The notes beneath the pieces are model-generated. The model ran no database searches. It saw only the letters and a list, made by a program, of their open reading frames with translations, and had not been told where the DNA came from. This document shows, in pieces, positions 53,423 through 64,000 of a stretch of 64,000 bases of DNA. The stretch is from Antedon mediterranea (Eukaryota; Animalia; Echinodermata), in assembly GCF_964355755.1 (NCBI RefSeq), contig NC_092675.1:18200912-18264911 (forward strand). The letters run 5' to 3'. The stretch's first letter is position 1. Each line of letters opens with the position of its first letter. A program made the position numbers and the translations under genes.

Positions 53423-56400
53423 ACTTTCACCACACATGAGCATAAGTGTCAATTTATACCCAATTGTATTTAACAAGGGAGTCCTCCCTGATTTAACCAC
53501 ATAGGGAAACAAATGCGTTTCTATTCATTCATTATTTGACTTTTGACATGAGTGGGTTCTAAAACCCACAATGCCAATAAATTCATAGAGGTGTCAACCA
53601 TAATGAACTGCAATGTATACATTTATAGTACATTAATTAAAAGATAACAAGGTGCTGTATTACATAACCAATTTCTTTCACTTTAAAAGAATTGCAGTAA
53701 TGTCATGGGTGATATCATTACATTTATTTATGTTACTGAAATAAGAACAAGTTAAGAATGCTTGAATAATCCCAGAAGCCAGTGTGTGTGGTTATAACTA
53801 TTATTTGTAAATTAGCACTCTAGAAGGCCACACAAGCTGCTTATAAAAATGATTACTGGATATGGGTCTAGCTCCCTCTTGGAGGTCTTTATAATATAAA
53901 ACAATTTTATAGACAATAAATGCTTTAAATTGCTACTGTTCAATGGTACTAAAGTTTCAAAATTCATTTCTGTTCATAATATGATTATTATTATTATTAC
54001 TGTATTATGATTCTGTTCAATAATGATTATTATTAAAATCCGGTTTAAAATTTGTCTTTTTTGTGAGTTTCCAATTTTATTTATAGATCTTATTTTTCCA
54101 CCTCGCACGGCAAGCGTTAATAGCATGAACAAGTGTAACAGTCGCACTGTGTTTTTCTGTTCCTTTATTGGTTGTTAATTAGTACCAGTGGAGGGCTGTG
54201 ACACTTAGTATAAACATTATTCAGTTCTAAATTTCAAATTAGCTTGAACAGCTGGCGCTTCTATGTACCATAGTGCTTCTATGGAGGGCATTTTGCTTTC
54301 CATATACCACATTAAGTTTCCCAACTGTAAATAATTAATGTATATTTCTTTAATTAGCATAGGATTGTTTATTTGAAGCTACGTTGTTAATTGAATTTTA
54401 CTTACTTACTGAAATACAATATAAATTTGTTAGTTTAAATTATTTTATTTTTAAATGTTTACAGTAATGAGTGTTAAAATTTCATATACAGTTAATATTG
54501 TATTACTGTAATATTGTAATGTTTGGTTTCTAAAGTTATAATTGACTCCTAATATCCTAATGTATTTATGGTTTTTATAAGCATGTAAGTATAGTGTTCA
54601 GATATATTTGCATTTGGCTTAATGCTTGGTTTCCATTTAATTTAAAGACACAAAGATTTGACCAATCGCCAATCAATTATTCAAACTCTCACTTACGTTC
54701 TAGTGGGAAACAAGCATTATTGCTACAAAATTACAGTATGAGGAATATTGGGGAAAACTATAACTCCCAAACCAGGTACCGGTAAATCATTATTGAATGT
54801 TAATTATAAATAAATTTAACTGTTGACTTAGAACCACTAGTAGGTCTATAGCTGTGGTAATGTACATTAAGCCTAAATATTAGTGTACCTCCAACTGTGT
54901 TACAAATTCATGTTAACCTTCTGGTTTATGTAAATCACCTTTACAGTACTCTGGATATTTTACCTATGAGCACATTATGTTTTCCACCTGTTGCAGACTT
55001 TGTCTTTCCTGTGTTTTCCTGATGTGCATGTTTGTAGATTTACTTCATATTCTCAATGGGAAGGCTTTTTGACATACCCTGATTACATATTTCACATAAC
55101 AACACTATTCTTGATATTATGATATGAATGATGATAATTAATGCAGTCTGATCTGAATTTGTTTATTCGTGTCTAATGTGATTTTAAATTATCAAAGATG
55201 TAGTGACTCTGTTCAAGCCACTGTTGTGTCTGTTTGTATAACTCTCTGACGTGTTATAAGAAAGCTAAAGGATTGTTGGCTTAATAGGATTCTTGTCGTC
55301 ATGTTTCCGAATACTCTTCCCAAATGGATGTCCTAAATGTGATCCAGTTGTAATAACCAGTGCACTCTGTTTATTCAGTTACGAATGAGTTTTCATTACA
55401 AGTATACTCTTATCAATGGTTCTTTAACAATGAAATGTTTTTAGTTTAAAGTACATAATGTAATAACATAACATAGAGCTGTGGAAGTCATTGCTTTTAA
55501 AATTTAGTTATAAACATTTGTTTGTATTTTGTTTAGTACTGTACAATTCACTTTCCATATTGGCTTAACAATTTTTGTGTTGATGCCTCCCCTCTTTAAC
55601 GGTTGATTGGCTGAAACTTTGATTTCATAACTCCTCATTATCTTCACATCATCCCATCCTATCTGATCCCCTGATGTGACCTTTGACCAATCGTTAATTA
55701 GGTAATTCTCTGATCGTGACTGTAGTGAATTTACTATTGGTTTACTTCACAGCGATCCATATTGCATATCTGCCACTGTAACATGATCCACGTTTCACAG
55801 CAGATAAAAATTCACTACCGCTATCTTTACTTAGTAAATTGATGTTCACTGTATTTCTTGACGTATGCAACAGTAACTATTACGATTGTGTAACCGTGTG
55901 CGTATGTAGTTGAACAACAGGGGTTAAAAAGTACAATGAACTGGAGCTTCTTTCTCATGTTACCGGTCAAAATTAGTGTACATAATATGTTCTTATATAT
56001 GCATTATAGGAGATCACAGGGCGGTCAAAAAAAGAGTTATTAAAATCCACCTGGGGTTAATTAATTTGCATTAAACCATTAGTGACTGCACGTCGAAACA
56101 CACATTCTCAGAATGTCCTCAACTGGTTTTACTACAATTTAGTATTTTCATAAAATAGAAAAGACAACAAAATCATTGCAGCCACAGTACTGTCTGTTAA
56201 TAATTTTGAAACTAGTAGGTGTCTTTTTAAGAAATAATCGTAGGCGTTTATTTAAAATGTTGTTTGTCTTTCTAAAAATACTATTACTCAAAATAGTTGA
56301 TGATTCAGAAAAGTTCATTGGATTGGAGTTATCAATGGATGAAATTAACATCTTTATTTTTATATTTTTTAATTCAAAAAGAAATAGATTGTTTGTTGTA

Positions 56401-56966
56401 GGTATATGAAGCCAGCCTTAATTAAAAGGTGTAAGCTCATGCTATGTCTCTTATTTTGAATTACATTGAATTGAAAACTAAAAATGTGTTACCTGCTAGA
56501 ATAAAAAAGAATTGCTTTTCTATCATCACCATACAAGCCACATCCTTGTAAGTGGCTGTCCTTGGCAACACTTTATCCACACTCGTTGCTGTGTAAAATA
56601 TCTACCCTTTATTTCAACATACCATTCATCACTTTATACCCACTCCTACAGTACTTCATTACCCATCACCGCCTACTGATTTCCTTTTATGTACACAATA
56701 ATTTTCTCTTTAAAAGTTGTTCTACAATAAACTGTTAAATTGATCTTTACTGTACCGTAACACATGTATTTTAAGCTTCTGTGTTACTATACTATCTTAC
56801 CAGTATCCAATAGGTTCAAATCTTGCCACACGTCTACTGTCTTTTCTCATCACAAAAAAAAAGTACCACACTTGATCATTATAAAACTAACACCACGTAT
56901 ACCTGTAATGTAATTTTAGCTCTCATGTTACCTTTACTATCTTACCAGAATCCTAGGTTTAAATCT

Positions 56967-58024
56967 GGGTGTCACGAAAGCTCAGACCACGAAAGCTCAG
57001 ACCCCCTAAGACCTAAGATCACGAAAGCTAAGACCCAACACCTAAGATTACAAATACTAAGATATACTACAGCTTAAAAACAATACTTGTTTATCCATAC
57101 ATAATTTTAAACACAGTAGGTTTCATTTATTACCATAAATATAATTTAATACTACCGCAAAACATAGATAAACTCACATTATTTTCGCCCGTCGAGTAAA
57201 TGTATATTTTTTCTTTATAACAAACAAACTTGACGGGTTGTTTGTTGGTATATATTTACTCCATTGTGTTGGTTCAGAGGATGTTTTTCTTACGCACCTG
57301 CCTTTCTTGTATTTTGACTCCAAATTTGTTGACTAACTTTATCCTGAACACCACACTTTAAAATTAGGACTTATAAGTACTTTCAGAAGGAGAAACACAT
57401 AATAACAAATAAATAAATCCTTTAAATTGATGATTTTACAGATGTGTTTCTTTGTATACTGTAATGACAATGTTTTTGTTTCTATGGAGCGCCAAAAGAG
57501 CAACAATAATAGTACAAGTATAAAAACAGAAAGAAAACGAAACAAAAAAACGTATCAAGATTTTTAAATTAAAATTTATTTGCCAGTATTTATTTCTTCG
57601 TACTTGCATGATTATACTATTATCATTACAATTTTAATTTTACATTGTTCCATCCACACTGTAGATGGACTCCACAGAGTTTTCAGCCCTCTATATAATT
57701 TTTGCTCTTTTGACGTTCCATAGAAACAAAAACATTGAACATGGCCCATGGGGTAGGCCTACTGTACTGTAGGCTAGTCATTTTGTGTGTGAGAAAAACG
57801 TCTGTAAAATCATCAATTTAAAAATGTATTTGTTACTTTTTATGTGATTCTTTTTCATGAAAGTGCCAATTCTAAGGTGTGGTATTCAGAATAAATGTTG
57901 GGAGTTAAAATACAAGGCAGGTGCGAAAGATAAATATTTGTAATCTTAGGTGTTGGGTCTTAGCTTTCGTGATCTTAGGTCTTAGGGGGTCTGAGCTTTC
58001 GTGGTCTGAGCTTTTGTGACACCC
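56967..58024. mobile_element. Non-autonomous DNA transposon with about 88-bp TIRs (MULE/foldback-like)
   Basis: GGGTGTCACGAAAGCTCAGACCACGAAAGCTCAGACCCCCTAAGACC...CCTAAGATTACAAATA with a near-perfect reverse complement at 57935-58024; imperfect flanking duplication (TTTAAATCT / TCAAAATCT). Confidence 0.88.
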
Positions 58025-58797
58025 GTCAAAATCTAGCTAAATTCTTAAATTCTTTTAAAACTTGTTTGCCACATTTTACTTTACCATAAATAGTTGGTTG
58101 TTATGTCTTTTCTTCAGTATTATTATGTCTCCTATGACCTGATATTTAATTAGCCATTTTAAGATCCTGCTTCCAAGTTTTATTGGGATTTCACCTTAAG
58201 TGTGACTCCAAGCTGTCAACACCTCACATCTCAGTACTTTGATCTTTGCCTTTTATATTTTCATGGTCTTTACCAATACCATTGTCAAAATTAAATTAGA
58301 TAAATTACTTGAATGAGATAAAACAATCAGAAACTTATGTGATATAACAAAGATGGTAGTCTTCAATTATTGCACAGTTTAAGGATTTATATTTCCTTCT
58401 GTTTAGTTGGAAAATGTTGTTGAGTGATTCGGCCTTGATTAGCTGGAGCATATAACACATTATACCAATACCACTGGTCTTATACTAGTACTCTGTCGTT
58501 AATGTTGGTACATGAAAAGAAATTAAAAAGATTTAAACTGGTATTTAATGTTGGTAAATAATGGTATAAAATCTCTTGTTTGTGCATATCAAGCTCTGTC
58601 AGCCCAAAGAATGAAAATAAAATAATTTTTCATTTATTCTTTATTTCGTAATCAATGTACATATACAGTATAACAATATAAGATTGGTATTTTATAGAAC
58701 TGTTTTCAGACAAATTTTCATGGTGACTCTAATGTAGGAACTAAAACATCCAATCATGTTTTCAGATCATGTGCTCATCATCAATAAAGAATACATT

Positions 58798-59656
58798 GGC
58801 CCTGTTTCTGCTGCCAATCCCAAATATACCGTATAAATATACCGTATAAATATACCGTATATATACCGTATATGAAATTCGTGCACCGTTTCCGCTGCAC
58901 ATACTTCGTGGGTGGGCTGTAAAAAAAGTTGGCTTTCATATACCCAAAATGCATTTTGTGAGATGGAAGTATGGATTGACCTAGAATCTCGTGTAGTGAA
59001 CAAAACAATGATGGTTTCTCAAAACGTCTTAGCATTGCTTTCTATTTTAAATCTAATGATCAGAAGTGGCAACGAATTTACATCGCACAAACAATCTAGA
59101 AATGTAGAATGGGCATTGACTACATTTATGCAAAGAAGACGACGGCGTTTGCCGATAACTTTGGCGTTATTAAGTCTACCACAAATTCTGCTTTTATTTT
59201 GTTTGAGATAATTTTGTAAATCTCGGTATCTCTTCTCTGTTGCCATGTAGTCTCCTCCCAACCTTCGCTTCTCCCCACAATTGAATTGCAAAAATAGTTA
59301 TTTCTTCAGTCCACAGTGATATTTTGATCTGTTGCTTGCTTATTATACACGTGTGTGTCAATGCAGCAGAAAAACCAAACAAACGTGTCAAGCTCTGTTA
59401 GTTTTTGACCTCGTGTCATGGGCCGGGTCACATATACGGTATATTTTGAGTGCAGCAGAAACGGGGTACGAAATATACGATATATTTTGGAATATACCGT
59501 ATAATATCCACAAACGATGGGGATATTTATGCGGTATATATACCGCATATATATACGGTATATTTTTTATGAGACCCATTTCTGCTGCCAAAAAATATAC
59601 CGTATATAAAATATACTGTATATATACGGTATATTTTTGGCAGCAGAAACGGGGCC
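58798..59656. mobile_element. Non-autonomous PIF/Harbinger-like element (859 bp)
   Basis: TIRs GGCCCTGTTTCTGCTGCCAA / TTGGCAGCAGAAACGGGGCC, ATT duplicated on both sides, and many ATATACCGTAT subterminal repeats in both orientations. Confidence 0.88.
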
Positions 59657-62600
59657 ATTCTGCAATACAAAGATGTTATAACATGTGATAGACTTGACAA
59701 TTACATCTCTAGTTTCCAATTAACTATATACTATTGGCCGGCTTTTTTCACATTCTCTTAAGTTTATTGTTCATTACATTCCCGGGCAGTTTACAATTTC
59801 TTCTCAGTCTGTAAATGTATGAAATATATTCAACAATATAAATAGTATTTAAATCTGTCCTGAGAGCGATTAGTAGAAAATGGTAATAATCCGGTTGGTA
59901 TATCGCAACTAATCACTACTCGATCTAAATTTATAGAATCTAAAAAGAAACTATTACTAGTACGTAGTGGTTCTTTAAGAGGTCAGTGCTGGAAAGAATG
60001 AACCCAACAGATGTGCACTTAAAAAAGCCAAATAAACTGTTGGTTTACTCTAGTTTCTTGCACTACCTCCCCTGCCTACTGTTTGTTATGAATAGTTTAG
60101 ACTTTGATGGTGTAGATATTGCCTTGCTGAATGATGAACAAATAAACACGAAGCAGACAGATTTTTCTGTAGTCTATGCCATTTCTTTTTATAACTTTGG
60201 AATTTACATCTTGAGGATTGAAATATCTATCTTTTTAACAAAATTATAAAACTTTTACAATTAATAACAAACAAGTTGTAAAAGTAATAAAGAGTTAGAA
60301 GTCATTTATACACTTTCCTGGAAAGTTTAATCAAGTCACACAGTTCGCACTTAACTATCCAGCTAGTTTCAAATAGTTTGGTAAATTTTTCTTGAATCAT
60401 CAGTTTACTAAAGATTGTTCTCAAAGATGTTTTGGTCTTTCATATTAGACTTTTATTTGGTAAAATTAATTTTGGATAATTTCTAATGCGAGTTCTCCTT
60501 ACTGGGCACTGTACCAAGTAAGATTCTGGAATTACCACGTTTTTTTATACAACGTGTAGAAAAGATGCTTTAGACCATGGAGTTTAGACTCTGTTTCTTT
60601 CATTACTGTTTCAGCCAATGTTTATTTGTCTTCATGCTTGGAATAAAACAGAAACAAACTTTACATGGTAAACATGTACCTATTCAGTCAGATTTTGAAT
60701 AGAACGCTTAATTTTATATCAACAGATTGAAACAAAACACATCAGACATGCGTATTGGAATTAAAAAAAATTATATACTGTAACATTCATTTTGCATATG
60801 AGAATATAAGCCTCTAAGTTCAATTCCTGAGCTTGAATCTAACCCTAGCCATTAGCACAATCTCAGTGGTCTAGAAGTATGAACGCCATGATCTAGGGTT
60901 CCATGATCTGGATGGTTTAGAGAAACCATCTGGTCAGTTAACTTAGTTTCCTAAAGCAAAGCTGCTTCATAATACTAATAGTACATCAATTAAAAATTCT
61001 TACAATTAACATGCATTTGTTGGCTATCTTCCATTGAAAACTAGTTACTGTCCATGTTTCATTCGATGAAAGAAAACGACATTCATGATTATAATTACAT
61101 TATTTCAAACAACATGAAATCAATCTGTTCAACATTAAGACATAAACGTTTAAATATAGATGTAACATTATACAACTAAATACATATTATTACAGCTGTA
61201 TTTAGTATTAACAAACTCTCTTTATCAATTTCCTTAGAAACCATTCAAGTTGTAATCGTCGCCAAAATCCGCTTCAAGTATCGCATGTTAGTTTCATCCT
61301 GTAGATGAATTTAGAAATCATAGAGTATAGATTGTTATCAGTTTCTCAATAGAAAAATAAAATGATATCTTGATACAAAATATGAAATATTCTTCACCTA
61401 GAAATTAGAAACAGCAGATTATTGTTACATTAAGTATCTACAATGTCTGATATAGAATATCTAGTATTAAACATTTATAATTGAATTATGAAATATTATA
61501 TAGTGAAAAATAATAGTTTAGATGAAAAATCTAAAAAATCGCATATTTGTGGTTGGTTTTTAAGGCTTGATGTCTATAGAAATGACAGAGTTAAAGTTCC
61601 AATTTCAGACATAGACAACTTTTAACTGACATAACGGCATTAGATAGAGTGATTTGTCATTTTAATTTTAAAGTTCATTTCTTTGGAATAAATTACCCAT
61701 TCCATAATCCTCAAACTCCATTCACAAAGAATCAATTTGTACATGAAACCAACATTGTACTGTATATAAGTAATTCATAAAGAAAATTGCTTTTAACTAG
61801 CACTTCAATCATAGGCCTACTATGTAAATGTATGATTGAAGTTAAAATTTAAAAACTTTAAAATAAATTTCAATGATATTAAGAATATTAAAGTAAATAC
61901 CATCTGCAAAGTACCACATTTTTGGAAACATTTAACAGTGTGTATATGACAAGTGTTAACCTGTTAGTCTCAAATGAAAAAAATAAAATGTTAAAGAATT
62001 TAGGGCTTGTACACTATTAAGTCATCATTTTCAGAAGCATGTCTTTTCACACTGACCGATCAAAACTAATTATTAACATTGTTCCAACTTTCAATACTTT
62101 AGTTTTCAGCCAGTACTTACTCTGGATTGGATTAACCTCTCTGGACTGGTCATAAACAATTAAATTTGACAAAAAGTACATGTATATTATGTGAATAGTC
62201 TAAATGGTTTTCAGTTTGTTTGTATTCAATTTGATAATATATTTCATATGTAATAATTTGCTAAGGAAAATGTGGAGTGATTATAACTGTCAACATTTTG
62301 TACTTAACTGGACTTGACCTAAAAAAACGAACTGATATTTGATATCTATTTTTGACATTAATTAATTATATTAATAATAATATTATATTATTTCTCCCCC
62401 ATTAAAAAATCCTGGATCCTCCCCTGATATTGTGAATATTCAAAAATATATTTAACATGAAAAAGTCTTTATGTAATTATACAATGGAGATTCAGAGATT
62501 AGCACATGCTAGAATATGTGTAGTTTGATTGAAATAACTTGAATGGACTCCTAACTCCTTCACCCTCCCCTCCTCCTAAAACCACATCCATGCCTAAAAC

Positions 62601-63381
62601 AAATATCTGTAATTTAGTATGAAGAGATGCTGCACTATTTTAAAATCATATAAAAATATTGATGTATCTATGATACACATAATCAGTAGACATCTATGAT
62701 TAATGTTTAGAATGTAGGCTTATTAGATCAATGTAATATCAACATAAAACTGATTAAAAATGTTATGACACATCTCCTATAATGCTGCAGTGTAAATTAA
62801 GAAAATCTAGTTCACATACAACATTGAATTTAGCACATTAAATTTACAGCAAAGTTGTCTTATATTTTACTGCTCTTCAAATTAGGACATACTGTATTAG
62901 ATGACCCATTATTTTCAATGACGTAATTATGTAAATTGGTAGGATCTAGTTTTATGCCCCAGGACAATTAACTTATTTCGAGATTTGAAAATTGACACAA
63001 TAGTTTTATTCTGGCTACACTATGACCAGCGAAAAATGATGTTAAATTCAATGGTTTATTTATGATTTTAAAAATGATGTACCGGGTATCCATGTATAAT
63101 ACAAAATATATAGTAAAATTATAAAACAAGCATTTAAATTTGCATGTAAAGTGATTAAAGTGGGAATTCAAACTATTAAATGGTCTTGAGATATACATTT
63201 GTCTAAAGCACCAACCCTAACCCAATTGTGGTTTTACGAAAGAAAAGTGGACATGTATTGAAGTTACAATTATAATTATGATGACAGACAGTTACACTAA
63301 AAATAGTAAATCAAACAATTAAATATTTAGATATTATTTTAAGAATAAATTATAAATGTTTGTTTATCTTATATTTTACAG

Positions 63382-63480
63382 GTCCCAAAGGTCCTAAAGG
63401 TGATACGGGAAATATTGGTAAACCAGGAGATCCAGGTGTAAAGGGAAGAAGAGGGAAAAAAGGAGCATCTGGCATACCAG
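63382..63480 (+). CDS. Transmembrane collagen exon 3 (99 nt, Gly-X-Y)
   Basis: TTTTACAG acceptor in phase 1, matching exon 2; (G)PKGPKGDTGNIGKPGDPGVKGRRGKKGASGIP(G); donor GTGAGA. The basic GRRG stretch resembles the first collagenous domain of COL13/23/25. Confidence 0.9.
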
Positions 63481-63577
63481 GTGAGATATTAATATTTTAC
63501 ATTAAATCAGTGGTGGATTTTTAAATTAGCAGGGCCTAAAGTTGTGAAATAAAGTGCTGAATTTAAGCTTAAACTTA

Positions 63578-63680
63578 ATCAAATTTTATGTGACAAAACA
63601 AATGTGATGTGCCATATTTAATGGGCATGTCAATACCATATTTAAGCAAATCACACTAGTTTGATAGTGTAGACAGAGCT
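63578..63680. mobile_element. AGCTCTGTCTACACTA MITE family, copy 3 (internally deleted)
   Basis: TGTGACAAAA..ATGTGATGTGCCATAT..CTAGTTTGATAGTGTAGACAGAGCT. Confidence 0.75.
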
Positions 63681-63945
63681 TTAAGCTATGTTCTATCATT
63701 TACATTGTATTGATGCTATGCTATTAACTAGATAATTCTCAGCAAAATACATGGGACAGATCCAGGATTTTAGGCGAGTAGATTAGTATATCATCAAAAT
63801 ATCATTTTATCTGTCAAAAGGGAGAACAAATGGCCGAAGTGCTCTCCCATGAACTGCCTTTGTAAACATAACATCTAGCATAACAGAAAATAGTAAAAAT
63901 AATAATAAAAATTCTTATCGCTGTTTACTCTCTTTTGTCTTTCAG

Positions 63946-63971
63946 GATTGAAAGGAGATGGAGGTGTTCCG
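63946..63971 (+). CDS. Transmembrane collagen exon 4 (26-nt microexon); the gene continues beyond the window
   Basis: Strong pyrimidine tract + TTCAG; (G)LKGDGGVP; donor GTATAC at 63972. Confidence 0.7.
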
Positions 63972-64000
63972 GTATACAATATTTTTTATTATATTTTTGC

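Noticed and set aside
58767-59688. Cluster of overlapping Tyr/Ile-rich ORFs
   Set aside because: They arise from the ATATACCGT repeats inside a MITE; no protein motif is recognisable.
17000-63300. Many 60-110 aa ORFs in the collagen intron as nested genes
   Set aside because: Low-complexity F/I/L/K/Y composition typical of AT-rich DNA, many non-ATG starts, and no domains or consistent exon chains. A short-exon nested gene cannot be fully excluded by eye.

Overview
AT-rich eukaryotic genomic DNA with spliceosomal GT-AG introns. The gene and repeat content suggests an invertebrate animal, possibly a deuterostome or echinoderm (inference). In order: the last three coding exons of WAPL (+) followed by a 32-bp minisatellite; a tRNA-derived SINE; a near full-length, frameshifted CR1/L2-group LINE (-) carrying L1-like ORF1 and APE-RT ORF2; an intact five-exon, 453-aa cytochrome P450 (+) with no N-terminal membrane anchor and no I-helix AGxET motif; a weak MIF/tautomerase-like ORF (-); and the 5' part of a type II transmembrane collagen of the COL13/23/25 (MACIT) family (+). 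The collagen's second intron is about 46.6 kb and contains Harbinger-like, hAT-like and long-TIR MITEs, a SINE, a truncated RTE-type LINE with a 61-bp target duplication, palindromes and minisatellites. The most unusual signals are the atypical P450, window-wide and often stacked TA-[3-4 bp]-TA motifs that look like DNA-transposon excision footprints (one is in frame inside the LINE RT), and two Harbinger-like MITEs that share TIRs and a terminal-hairpin architecture but have different subterminal repeats. All coordinates and counts were read by eye.
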